Shown here: in pieces, positions 1-9,403 of the stretch
Numbering within the stretch: the first letter of the stretch is position 1
Layout of the letters: the number at the start of each line of letters is the position of its first letter
NCBI GenBank assembly: GCA_964248365.1
Contig: CAXTYC010000001.1
Location: 288,001-352,000, forward strand
Length of the DNA: 64,000 nucleotides
Direction: 5' to 3'
Origin: an uncultured Chroococcidiopsis sp.
GTDB taxonomy: Bacteria; Cyanobacteriota; Cyanobacteriia; Cyanobacteriales; Chroococcidiopsidaceae
Position numbers and translations under genes: made by a program
Notes under the pieces: model-generated
Told to the model about the DNA's origin: nothing
Seen by the model: only the letters and a program-made list of their open reading frames with translations
Database searches by the model: none

Positions 1-154
1 AACGAGCGTCTTTCGCTCAAGCGCTTACCTGCCGAGGTGTTGACAACATAATTTAGTTGCTACCCATGCCCACCTACTTGAGCCTGGGAGCAAGGCTATC
101 TAGATGCAGAGCATCCATAACTTTGGTGGGGAAATACAAACATAATCTAGTTAA

Positions 155-175
155 GGTGGGCAATGCCCACCCTAC
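155..175 (-). repeat. GTAG-type REP palindrome (family 2), GGTGGGCAATGCCCACCCTAC; related arm at 58-77
   Basis: Near-identical copies at 8344-8364 and 59465-59485. Confidence 0.75.
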
Positions 176-189
176 GTTTTCTATAATTC

Positions 190-765
190 CTAAAATGACG
201 ATCCTGGCTGCTGTAAAAATGCTTCTTCTTCTGGGGTTGATACTCGCCCCAGAATTGCATTTCGATGGGGAAAGCGCCCAAACCGCAAAATTACTTCCCT
301 GTGACGAATAGCGTAATTAATCGTATCAGCACTATCGGGATCGTCTCTTAGTTGCTCAAATAGAGCAACAGCTTGATTTTGATGTTCTAGATTTTCGCTG
401 TGTTCAAGCGGTAAGTAGACAAACCAACGCTGTACGGGTAACAACTCGCGGTCATAGGCTTGGGCAATGGCATACTGTGCTGTTGAGAGTGCTTGCCAGT
501 CAGTGGCAAAAGCTTTGGGTGTACCGCGAAACATATTGCGGGGAAACTGATCGAGTAGCAAAATCAAGGCAAGACAACTTTGGGGTGAATTCTTCCAGTC
601 ATCCAAATTACCCGCCGCAGCTTGTTCGTAATCACTGATAAAGCGAGTTCGCATTTCCAGATCAAACTCTGGCTTTTTGACAAACCAAACTTGACGGGGT
701 TTGCCATAACTTGCAAGCTCAGGCTGACCAAACCAGAAATCCAAAACTTTTCTTGCCTGTGACAT
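190..765 (-). CDS. DUF924 family protein
   Basis: FWFG...WF, LLDQFPRNMFRG, FGRFPHRN motifs. Confidence 0.9.
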   Translation of the reverse strand: MSQARKVLDFWFGQPELASYGKPRQVWFVKKPEFDLEMRTRFISDYEQAAAGNLDDWKNSPQSCLALILLLDQFPRNMFRGTPKAFATDWQALSTAQYAIAQAYDRELLPVQRWFVYLPLEHSENLEHQNQAVALFEQLRDDPDSADTINYAIRHREVILRFGRFPHRNAILGRVSTPEEEAFLQQPGSSF

Positions 766-779
766 GACTCTTACTCACT

Positions 780-1337
780 CTACTGACTCATACACAGCAC
801 CTGTCTCATATTCCGCATATTTTCTGGCAATTCAAAATGCATCGCTTGTTGAATGAAAATTGATGGAACGGGAATGGTAGGTGTGGCTTGCACTGCATAA
901 GTGAGCAAAGTCCCAGCACCGCAATCAGCTAGCTTTAGATCTGCTGTAAAGTCGGTGAAAGTGCCTTTTTCAAGCTTGAACTGAATTTGCTGTTGCGCTT
1001 GCTCAAATACATTTAAATAAATCTCAACCGAAGCGGTGAGGAAGAGAAAGGTTTTGCAAGCGACTTGATACAGACGTTTTACTTTGCCTGGTTGCAACAC
1101 TTCGCTTTGGGTGACATCAGGAAAGTATTGTACCCAGCGAGGGTAATCAGTCACTTGTTGCCAAACAAGCGATCGCAATAGGGGTATGTACATTTGGGCA
1201 GTGACAGCACCACCCCAAGCCGAGTGCGATCGCGTTTGGACTAAAATCTCTCCTTTGAGCAGTCTTGCAAGATCAGTTTGACTTAAAGTTAATCCTGATG
1301 CTACACGGCTCGATTCTGATGCTAATATTGCAGTCAT
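780..1337 (-). CDS. SRPBCC/polyketide cyclase (START-like) family protein
   Basis: VWQQVTDYPRWVQYFP motif; ATG at 1337 preferred over GTG at 1352. Confidence 0.75.
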   Translation of the reverse strand: MTAILASESSRVASGLTLSQTDLARLLKGEILVQTRSHSAWGGAVTAQMYIPLLRSLVWQQVTDYPRWVQYFPDVTQSEVLQPGKVKRLYQVACKTFLFLTASVEIYLNVFEQAQQQIQFKLEKGTFTDFTADLKLADCGAGTLLTYAVQATPTIPVPSIFIQQAMHFELPENMRNMRQVLCMSQ

Positions 1338-1474
1338 AATAAATTCCGCCACTCCTCAAATAACTTGTCTGATACAGCTACTCGTTATGAAATAGCTATA
1401 CCTTTAGATTTAATGCTCAATTTAGCTAAATTCTTGTAAAGACATGATAAACCTGATATAAAGCTTCCCATAAT

Positions 1475-1957
1475 TTATTCAAAACTATCACCTCTAGAAA
1501 TAGGGACAACCCGACAACCCGACGAGGGGAGCTGGGGGGCATCATCTTCATCGGTATGGCGTTCTAAAGAGGAAATGGTAGTCTTTTGCAGATGATGTGC
1601 TTTTTGATTTCTAACGTAGTTTACAGCTTGAGCAAGTTGTTTAGCGCCTAGTGAAAAGACACCATAGCCGCGCTGCCAGACGAATGGAAGACAAGAATTA
1701 GGCAAGCTATGATTTAGATGATGAGCGCTACTGCCTTTGATATTTTTGACGAAATCTGAAATAGAAAGGCCAGGTGGAATTGAAACTACCAGATGAATAT
1801 GATTTTCTATCCCACCGATGGCATGGATAATACAACCAAGAGTATCAGCTTTGCCAATTATATAACTATAAAGTTTAGGCTCTCGATCTGGAGTGATAAA
1901 AGGTTGACGTTCTTTAGTTGCCCAAACCAGATGATAATAAAGTCGCCAAAGAGCCAT
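1475..1957 (-). mobile_element. tnpA: IS200/IS605-family Y1 (HUH) transposase TnpA, stand-alone (no tnpB)
   Basis: YHLVWATK, HUH motif NHIHL, WQRGYG, catalytic Tyr in NYVRNQ. Confidence 0.88.
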
Positions 1958-2000
1958 AAAGATTCTTATTCCTTATTTTAATAATTTAATATTTTTCTTC

Positions 2001-2312
2001 AGTCGGCTTGAGCCGACTTTAGCTATTAGCAAGGGAATTAATTCCCTTGCGGGCTTGTGTTCCTTAGCTAGGAATTAATTTCAAGGCGGGCTTTAGCTTG
2101 TGGGTGATGCCGATTAAACCGCCTTGAAATTAATTTCAAGGCTCATAGCTTAAGTCCGTTTTAACGGACTAATTGAAAATAGGTGTGAGTGGGCTTGTGT
2201 TCCTTAGCTGGGAATTAATTCCGTTGCGGTATTGAAATTAATTCCGAGATGCCGATTAAACCGCCTTGAAATTAATTTCAAGGCTAATCGCTGAAGTCCG
2301 TTAAAACGGACT
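2001..2312. repeat. Cluster of REP-like bipartite hairpins (family 1) upstream of tnpA
   Basis: TTAG+hairpin+CGG units at 2026-2052, 2064-2089, 2204-2229 (+) and 2119-2145, 2261-2287 (-); 18-nt AGTC...GACT hairpins at 2001-2018, 2153-2170, 2295-2312; 2051-2170 duplicated at 2191-2312. Confidence 0.85.
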
Positions 2313-2467
2313 AATTTAACACAGGCGCGATGGTCGCGCTTAGCGTTCCGCCTTCGGCATCGCTCACGATGATTGTAGATATTAAATGAGGCTCCGCCTC
2401 TATTTTTTTTGTGACAAAGCTTAGCCTTGTCACGAGGGTTAGGAGGCTCATGCCTCCTGATATACCT

Positions 2468-3499
2468 CTACTCAACGCTTTGATTTAGGATTGCTTCAAT
2501 ACCATATTGCACTCGTACTAGTTCCTGACGCTGTTTGTTAATCCAAGCTTTTTGTGCCTGACGCTGTTCGGGTGTTTCTTGCTGATATCGCGCTTGTCGC
2601 TCTAGGAAATCATTGTAGAATGCAACAGCCTGTTCAAGAGCTTGAGTCGCTAATTTAAACCTGCCGTCAAAAACTGAGTTAATAATATTTTCAATTTTTG
2701 GAATTACTTGCTCTTCGCTAAACTGGGTAAACTGCTGCAAAGTTATCGAACGACCAAAATTTTGCTTTTCAAAATTTTCAAGCGTAGGATTAACAAAATC
2801 ATCAAATTTATTAACACTATCAGGCGAATTATTGGTTGAATCACTAAAAACCTTCTCAATATCACTAAGTATTATATTTATCTTAGTTGGCGAATCAGCT
2901 TTTGATTGTTGAGGGAGAAAGCTGACATAGTATTGAATTGTTTCTATGTTAATTATTGCTGCTAGTTCTTGCTCAATAAGTTTCAGGCACTCCTTGAGCA
3001 TCAAATTCATGTCTTTAGCTTGCAAATCTAAATTTAGACGTATATGCTGAAGCAACTTATCCTTATCCCAAGCAGCTAAATCTTTTGTTTTCCAAGTTTT
3101 GGCATCAACAAACCATGTTTCTTTTAGGAATTCATATCTTTCATTCCAAGACTGTTTAGCTTGTTTGAGTGCTTCAGATTTGTATTGACTTCCTAAAAGA
3201 GGAGTTTTGTAGACGCGCCCACTAATCTCCCCTAGCTGTTGCCAAATCTCAAGTTTCGATACTTCAGCAATCCTGAGTTTGCTATTCCAAACATTCTCGG
3301 CGCGATCTAGTTGATTTAAACTTACCTGAACTAACTCTTTGAGTCTACTAGCCGACAGCCTCAATTCTTCAAGACACGGTTGAACTGACTCTTTAAGTTG
3401 TGTAGCAGCTTGTTTAAGTTCTAGACAATTCGGCTCAGCTTTTAAAGTTTGCTCAACAGATTCAGTAATATTTTGAAAGGTCTGAAAATATTCATTCAT
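2468..3499 (-). CDS. Helical coiled-coil protein resembling the non-GTPase part of cyanobacterial dynamin-like proteins
   Basis: 343-aa helical ORF; C-terminus FLERQARYQQETPEQRQAQKAWI recalled from cyanobacterial dynamin-family proteins (unverified); no P-loop. Confidence 0.5.
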   Translation of the reverse strand: MNEYFQTFQNITESVEQTLKAEPNCLELKQAATQLKESVQPCLEELRLSASRLKELVQVSLNQLDRAENVWNSKLRIAEVSKLEIWQQLGEISGRVYKTPLLGSQYKSEALKQAKQSWNERYEFLKETWFVDAKTWKTKDLAAWDKDKLLQHIRLNLDLQAKDMNLMLKECLKLIEQELAAIINIETIQYYVSFLPQQSKADSPTKINIILSDIEKVFSDSTNNSPDSVNKFDDFVNPTLENFEKQNFGRSITLQQFTQFSEEQVIPKIENIINSVFDGRFKLATQALEQAVAFYNDFLERQARYQQETPEQRQAQKAWINKQRQELVRVQYGIEAILNQSVE

Positions 3500-3649
3500 T
3501 TATACTTGTCCTTGACGAATCTGCTACTGTTACTCCTAAATTTAGGATGCCCAGATTCAACCAAAATTCATACAAGTAGGGATAAACACGGTTATTTTTC
3601 CTCAAACGACAAGCTAGGCTGTAAAAAATAATTTCTATTAGCCAAAAAT

Positions 3650-4927
3650 ATGATGTTTCAATTTGCCCCAGCAATACAGGCGGGGATTAACTCTGGTGTG
3701 TATGAGATTGTGCGTAATACAGCTACAGGAGAATTACTAGGCATAGCTAGAGATAAAGCAACAGGTCATTTTGTAGCTCAAGCAATTGGTCTTACAAACC
3801 AAGCGACTGGCTTGACGATGAATCCGCTAATTGCTCCTGCACAGCTAGTAATGGGTGGCTTGCAGATGGTTCAAACTCATAAAGGGTTTCAAAAGACCTA
3901 CAGAATGCTTGATGCTCTCCAGGCAAGCGTAGGAGTGCTACAAGCAACCACAGCTGTGATTGGTGTCGGAACTGTCGTAGGTGCAGTCTTGTCAGCGGTT
4001 AATCTTCGCCAAACATTGAAATTGAGGGAAGACGTAAAGCAACTGAGGCTAGAAGTCAAAGACGGCTTTATTGATATGAAAAAAGTGCTGAAAGAACAGC
4101 AAGAAGAAATAATACAACGAATTGACTATGTTGCCCAAGACATCGAATTTAAGCATCACCGTACAATTTTAGTTCGAGCTTACGGGCTTTTTGCCAAAGC
4201 GATCGCACGTCTGCAATTGGCATTGATGATACAAGATGTAAACCTGCGAAATTTGGAAATTAGCGGCGCACGGGATATGTTATTTATGGCTCTAGCAGAT
4301 TATGATAATGGTCATCTGCTGGAGGGAACTTGTTGTGCTGGACAACTTCGTAGAAGAGAGTGCGTTTGGGCAATTGAGCAAGCAATTACCATAACCTATC
4401 AGATGCAGGGTGTGTATGAAGTAGTGAGCGATCGCCTCTCCCAACTACAAAATAAAATCCGTCAAGATGCACTCACTTTCATTAACGGTTGTGAATCTCA
4501 AGATGAGCTAGATTTTCTTTTCCCTGAAATCACTCGAATTCATAACCATGATCTAGCTGTACTAAAATCCTGGCAAAATCATATTGACTGGATGCCAATA
4601 TCATCAGACGAGCAACAGATGTTAGCTAGTTTAGTACCAACTGCTGATACAGATAATGAAAACCCAGTTGTTGTAGAACCAGAAGAACAATTACTATATG
4701 AGAATTTGAAACAAAAATCTCATTACTTATCCTTGCGAGATCAACTGCAATTCATGATTAAGCCTAATTTACGCCCTCCTCATGAATTGTATATTAATCA
4801 ACAAGCAATAGCCTCTGATTATCTAGCTCTAGCACCCTCAAATTGGCAAGAAATTCCTGATTTAACTGTTGCTAACCTCTACTGGTACTTCAAAGCTAGA
4901 GAAGAATCACACCAATCTAGGCAATAA
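3650..4927 (+). CDS. Hypothetical protein with hydrophobic segment and coiled coil
   Basis: 425-aa ORF; Gly/Val-rich LQATTAVIGVGTVVGAVLSAV followed by heptad region. Confidence 0.7.
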   Translation: MMFQFAPAIQAGINSGVYEIVRNTATGELLGIARDKATGHFVAQAIGLTNQATGLTMNPLIAPAQLVMGGLQMVQTHKGFQKTYRMLDALQASVGVLQATTAVIGVGTVVGAVLSAVNLRQTLKLREDVKQLRLEVKDGFIDMKKVLKEQQEEIIQRIDYVAQDIEFKHHRTILVRAYGLFAKAIARLQLALMIQDVNLRNLEISGARDMLFMALADYDNGHLLEGTCCAGQLRRRECVWAIEQAITITYQMQGVYEVVSDRLSQLQNKIRQDALTFINGCESQDELDFLFPEITRIHNHDLAVLKSWQNHIDWMPISSDEQQMLASLVPTADTDNENPVVVEPEEQLLYENLKQKSHYLSLRDQLQFMIKPNLRPPHELYINQQAIASDYLALAPSNWQEIPDLTVANLYWYFKAREESHQSRQ

Positions 4928-4996
4928 CTGGGAAACGAAATATTCAAGCTTAACGATACTAGAAGCGATTTTGAGATCTTGCACCTGTTGCAACAA

Positions 4997-5116
4997 CCGC
5001 CTGTGAATCAATTCACAGGCTAATAGCTAAAACCCATTGAAATGGGTTAGAGTTTGCCCAATAGTCTACTTCAGTAGACTTTCACTATTAGCTTTGAGAA
5101 TTAATTCTCAAGGCGG
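4997..5116. repeat. Inverted REP doublet (family 1) within GATCTTGCA...TGCAAGATG termini (4972-5151)
   Basis: CCGCCTGTGAATCAATTCACAGGCTAA, hairpin 5031-5048, hairpin 5063-5080, TTAGCTTTGAGAATTAATTCTCAAGGCGG. Confidence 0.8.
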
Positions 5117-5196
5117 GTAGTGGTACGTCTTGAGAATGCTGCAAGATGTGAGGATCACCACTTCTCTTAGCGTCGAGGCGTGACTGCCAAATCTAC

Positions 5197-7224
5197 CTAT
5201 TTCGGTACTTGCCAAATCTTGATAGTCTTGTCTTCACTGGCACTAACTAGAGTATTACCGTCGGGGCTGAACGCAACTGCCCAAACTGAAGCTGAATGCC
5301 CCTTGAAGGTAGCTATATCTTCTCCTGTGATTAGGTTCCATACTTTGACTGTTCTGTCATCACTGCCAGTAGCGATTTTCTGACCATCGGGGCTAAAAGC
5401 GACGAAATTCACATCGGCTGTATGCCCCGTCAGGGTGCGTATTTCCCGTCCTGTATTCGGGTTCCAAATTTTGATGGTCTTATCATCACTGACACTAGCC
5501 AGTTCTTGACCATTTGGGTTGAAGGCAACCGAGTTAACATCGGCTGTATGCCCTAGTAGGGTGCGTATTTCTTGCCCTGTATTTAGATTCCAGATTTTGA
5601 TTGTCTTGTCCGTACTACCACTAGCAAGCTTCTGACCATCTGGGCTAATGGCAACAGACAAAACTTCGCCTAAATGCCCCTTCAGGGTGGCAAGTTCCTG
5701 TCCTGTCTTTAAATTCCAAATTTTGATTGTCTTGTCATAACTACCACTAGCAATCTTCTGACCATCTGGGCTAATGGCAACGGTATCAACATAGCTGGTA
5801 TGCCTCGTCAGGCTACGTAGTTGCTGCCCCGTGTTCAAGTTCCAAACTTTGACTGTTTGGTCTTTACTGCCACTGACAAGGGTTTGACCATCTGGGCTGA
5901 TGGCGACGGAGTAAACCCAGTTTGTATGCCCTCTAAGGGTATTCAGTTCCTTGCCTTCGTTCAGATTCCAGATTTTGATCGTTTGGTCGTCACTACCACT
6001 GGCGAACTTTTGTCCATCTGGGCTGAATGCAATGGTATTAACTTCACCCGTATGTTCCGTCAGGGTGGGAATACGCTCAAGATGCCAGTAGCTATATCCT
6101 GCTAATCCTAATAGCAGCAAGACGCTGCCCACTAGCAGTCTATTTTTTAGAAGTTTGGTTGGTGTAACTGGGGGAATAAGGCTACGTTTGCCATGCTTTG
6201 GTTGGAAGCGCACTCCTTTTCTAGAGGATAGTTCGGGCAGATTAGTATTCGCCACAGCCCTTTCGTAAAGCTGGCTGTTAGCGATCGCGCTTAGCGGCAT
6301 TTGTGTCACACCCCTTGCTGGGGATGATGGCTGTGCATAGTTATTTAAGTCCTGAAAAACTTCATCCACACTTTGATAGCGTTGCTGAATAATTTTTTGC
6401 AACAGCTTATCTAGTACTCGCTCTAGTTTTTGACTAATCGGTGATTTGAGATCTTGCCGCCAATTGGTCACCCAACTGTAGCCCTGTTGGGTCCATAATC
6501 GAGATGGGTGAACTCCAGTCAGTAGATGAAAGCAAGTCACACCTAAACTGTAAAGATCGCTAGCTGGATATGCTTCGCCATCGTTCATTTGCTCCAGTGA
6601 GGCATAGCCATAGGAACCGATGTTTGTTCCCGTTAGTGCGATCGCTGTTGCTGTAAAGTGCTTGGAAATACCAAAATCAATCAGTACTAATTTGCCATCA
6701 CCCACGCGGCGGATAATATTTTCTGGCTTAATATCTCGATGAATCACATCATGGGCATGGACAAACTGTAGCACTGGCAACAAGTCATCCAGCAGTTGCC
6801 ATATCTTTTTCTCACTAAATATTCCCTGCTGCTGCAATTCCTGCTGTAAAGTTTGCCCTGTAATCAACTGCTGTACTAGATACAAGTAATGATCCTGTTC
6901 AAAGTAGGCATACAAAGTGGGAATCTGCGGATGTTCACCTAGCTGTTGCAAACGCCGCGCTTCTTCCTCAAACAGCGCAGTCGCCTTTTGAAAAGCTTTG
7001 CTTCCTTGAAATTGCGGTACTAGCTGCTTAACGACGCACGGTTCATTCAGCTTGTCTTCATCTGAGGCTAGAAAAGTTCTGCCAAATCCCCCATTACCCA
7101 ACAGGCGGATGATCCGATAGCGGTTTCGTAGCAGCGGCTCGATTTTTGCACCGCAACTTTCACAGAAGTTTACCTGCTGCTCATTCACGGGCTTCTGGCA
7201 ACTGGGATTGAGGCAGTAAGTCAT
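5197..7224 (-). CDS. Ser/Thr protein kinase with C-terminal WD40 beta-propeller
   Basis: GNGGFG, HRDIKPEN, DFG; one TM segment; seven GH...SGSxDxTIKIW repeats. Confidence 0.95.
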   Translation of the reverse strand: MTYCLNPSCQKPVNEQQVNFCESCGAKIEPLLRNRYRIIRLLGNGGFGRTFLASDEDKLNEPCVVKQLVPQFQGSKAFQKATALFEEEARRLQQLGEHPQIPTLYAYFEQDHYLYLVQQLITGQTLQQELQQQGIFSEKKIWQLLDDLLPVLQFVHAHDVIHRDIKPENIIRRVGDGKLVLIDFGISKHFTATAIALTGTNIGSYGYASLEQMNDGEAYPASDLYSLGVTCFHLLTGVHPSRLWTQQGYSWVTNWRQDLKSPISQKLERVLDKLLQKIIQQRYQSVDEVFQDLNNYAQPSSPARGVTQMPLSAIANSQLYERAVANTNLPELSSRKGVRFQPKHGKRSLIPPVTPTKLLKNRLLVGSVLLLLGLAGYSYWHLERIPTLTEHTGEVNTIAFSPDGQKFASGSDDQTIKIWNLNEGKELNTLRGHTNWVYSVAISPDGQTLVSGSKDQTVKVWNLNTGQQLRSLTRHTSYVDTVAISPDGQKIASGSYDKTIKIWNLKTGQELATLKGHLGEVLSVAISPDGQKLASGSTDKTIKIWNLNTGQEIRTLLGHTADVNSVAFNPNGQELASVSDDKTIKIWNPNTGREIRTLTGHTADVNFVAFSPDGQKIATGSDDRTVKVWNLITGEDIATFKGHSASVWAVAFSPDGNTLVSASEDKTIKIWQVPK

Positions 7225-7354
7225 AATTAGCCATTGATCAGCCGTTGAATATATAATAAATCTTTCCTAAAAAGGATTTATTATTGCCCAGGAAGGGGCG
7301 ATCGCTACTCTTGACTCGTATGATGATTGAGGATAGTAGCAAGCTGTAACGATC

Positions 7355-8347
7355 ATGAATACCTCCTTTTGTGTTAATCGCTTGGTAAGAGTTGGTTTGG
7401 TTGGTACTGGGTATGCTGCTAAGCTACGGGCAGAGACATTGCAAAAAGACGATCGCGCACAGTTAGTTGCAATTGTCGGTCATAGCTGGGAAAAAACAGC
7501 CGAATTTAGCCAAACTTATCAAGCTCAGAGTATGAATTCCTGGGAACAACTATTAGAGCGTGATGATATAGATTTGGTAGTAATTTGTAATATTAACCTC
7601 TTGCATGGGGCGATCGCGCGGGCTGCTTTGCAAAACCACAAACACGTCGTTGTCGAATATCCCCTGTCTCTCGATGTAGCCGAAGCAGAAGAACTAATAG
7701 CCCTTGCACAAACACAAAATAAACTCTTGCACGTAGAGCATATTGAATTACTAGGCGGCTTGCATCAAGCTTTAAAGCAAAACTTACCCAAAATTGGCAC
7801 GGTGTTCTATGCTCATTACAGTACCATCAATCCCCAACGTCCCGCACCGCGTAAGTGGACATACAATCAAGAATTATTTGGCTTTCCTCTAAGTGGCGCA
7901 CTTTCCCGTATTCACCGCTTCACTGATTTATTTGGTACTGTTGCTACAGTTAGTTGTCAAAACCGCTATTGGGGTGCAGACTCTGAATTTTACACAGCTT
8001 GCCTTTGTACAGCACAGTTACGCTTTACCAATGGTGTTGTAGCATCCGTTACCTATGGTAAGGGAGAAACTCTCTGGGAGAACAAAAACAAGTTTGAAGT
8101 TCACGGCGAAAAAGGCGGGTTAATTTTCGACCAGCAAGAAGGTATTTTAGTACAAGCAGACCAAACTACACCAATTGAAGTTGGAACCCGTCGCGGATTA
8201 TTTGCCAAAGATACAGATATGGTTTTAGATCGCTTGTTGACAGAAACGCCATTATATGTTAAAGCAGAAGCGAGTTTGTACGCTCTCAAAGTTGCAGATG
8301 CAGCAAGGCGATCGGCTCAAACAGGGGAAACTATTGTTATGGAGTAG
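7355..8347 (+). CDS. bvdR: Gfo/Idh/MocA oxidoreductase, probable biliverdin reductase
   Basis: GTGYAA Rossmann motif, HVVVEYP, HVEHIELLGG, PAPRKWTY as in cyanobacterial BvdR. Confidence 0.75.
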   Translation: MNTSFCVNRLVRVGLVGTGYAAKLRAETLQKDDRAQLVAIVGHSWEKTAEFSQTYQAQSMNSWEQLLERDDIDLVVICNINLLHGAIARAALQNHKHVVVEYPLSLDVAEAEELIALAQTQNKLLHVEHIELLGGLHQALKQNLPKIGTVFYAHYSTINPQRPAPRKWTYNQELFGFPLSGALSRIHRFTDLFGTVATVSCQNRYWGADSEFYTACLCTAQLRFTNGVVASVTYGKGETLWENKNKFEVHGEKGGLIFDQQEGILVQADQTTPIEVGTRRGLFAKDTDMVLDRLLTETPLYVKAEASLYALKVADAARRSAQTGETIVME

Positions 8348-8403
8348 GGTGGGCATTGCCCATCAACAACGAATTTTGTGCTTGCATAAACTTTAGATTA
8401 TTA

Positions 8404-8453
8404 TTTCACGCAAAGACGCATTCGCGGAGCGTTGCCGCAGGCTAGGCGCAAAG
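8404..8453 (+). repeat. Left copy of ~50-bp inverted repeat flanking the methyltransferase
   Basis: Reverse complement of 9271-9320 with about 3 mismatches. Confidence 0.85.
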
Positions 8454-8509
8454 GTGAGAAGATTATCACTAGTATGCCACCCATGCCCACCAACAATGAA
8501 TTATTGTTA

Positions 8510-9220
8510 CTAATTTTTAGTTGCTACCCAGCCGCCAAACAAAAGCCCTGTATAAAATTTCATAATATTTCCGAAGTCTGCTTGCTCTAATAATTCCAAA
8601 ACTCTCTGTTCTGGGATAAAATGAATACCTTCAAGTCTTGCTTTTTCTCGCTTTTCTATCATTTCCAAACTCATTCCCATTTCTTGGCTGTATAGTCTCC
8701 ATACTTGGGCAAGTTGCTCAAAAGTTTCAGTTCCTTTTTCACCAAACAAGTCAACCAGAATAAAAGTAGCTGATGATTTCAGACGTTGGGAAATACTTTG
8801 AATTAAGGCAAGTTTGCTGCCATCATCGGGAAGAAAGTGCATTACCAAAATACAAGTTGCTGCATCATATAAGGGAGTATCAGATAGTTCGTGTGTGTAT
8901 CCTTGAAATAGCTTTACTCTCTCAGATAAATCGTTTTGATCTATTTTACTTTGAGCAATTGTAAGCATGTTGACCGATGGATCTACACCTAGCAATTGCC
9001 ACTGTGAATTTGCCTTACCAAATGTTACCAACTCCATGCCGCTACCAGCACCTACAACTAACAAATTAGCTTTTTCAGGTAGCCTTGAGCGAAAAAAAGA
9101 CAATACCATTGTATGTATATCTTCGTACCCAGGAATAGACATCCGTATCATCTCGTCATATTCGCTGGTAGGAACTGGTGGATTAGTGTCAAAATCTAAA
9201 GTAATTTTCTGTTCTTTCAT
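8510..9220 (-). CDS. Class I SAM-dependent methyltransferase
   Basis: LLVVGAGSGME motif I, GVDPS, YDAATCILVMHFL. Confidence 0.9.
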   Translation of the reverse strand: MKEQKITLDFDTNPPVPTSEYDEMIRMSIPGYEDIHTMVLSFFRSRLPEKANLLVVGAGSGMELVTFGKANSQWQLLGVDPSVNMLTIAQSKIDQNDLSERVKLFQGYTHELSDTPLYDAATCILVMHFLPDDGSKLALIQSISQRLKSSATFILVDLFGEKGTETFEQLAQVWRLYSQEMGMSLEMIEKREKARLEGIHFIPEQRVLELLEQADFGNIMKFYTGLLFGGWVATKN

Positions 9221-9270
9221 TTACTTATTAAACTTCTTGCCTAAAGTGCTTGGAACTTTTAGCGTCCAAC

Positions 9271-9320
9271 TTTTGCGCCTAGCCTGCGGCAACGCTCCGC
9301 GAATGCGCCTTTGCGCGAAA
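9271..9320 (-). repeat. Right copy of ~50-bp inverted repeat flanking the methyltransferase
   Basis: Matches 8404-8453 inverted. Confidence 0.85.
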
Positions 9321-9403
9321 CAAAAAAAGACTTTTGCGCCTGCTGGGAAGCTATAATTATAAAGCTTTCCTTCTAAAATTCAAATTGTGTAAAACAGTTG
9401 TTA

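Noticed and set aside
1169..1176. Over-represented GCGATCGC octamer throughout the window
   Set aside because: This is the well-known cyanobacterial HIP1; useful for taxonomy only.
2001..2312. Possible CRISPR array
   Set aside because: Units occur in both orientations with irregular spacing and duplicated 'spacers', and there are no cas genes; a REP cluster fits better.
5197..6070. ~126-bp tandem DNA repeats
   Set aside because: Fully explained by WD40 coding repeats; no reverse transcriptase or TR/VR pair to suggest a DGR.
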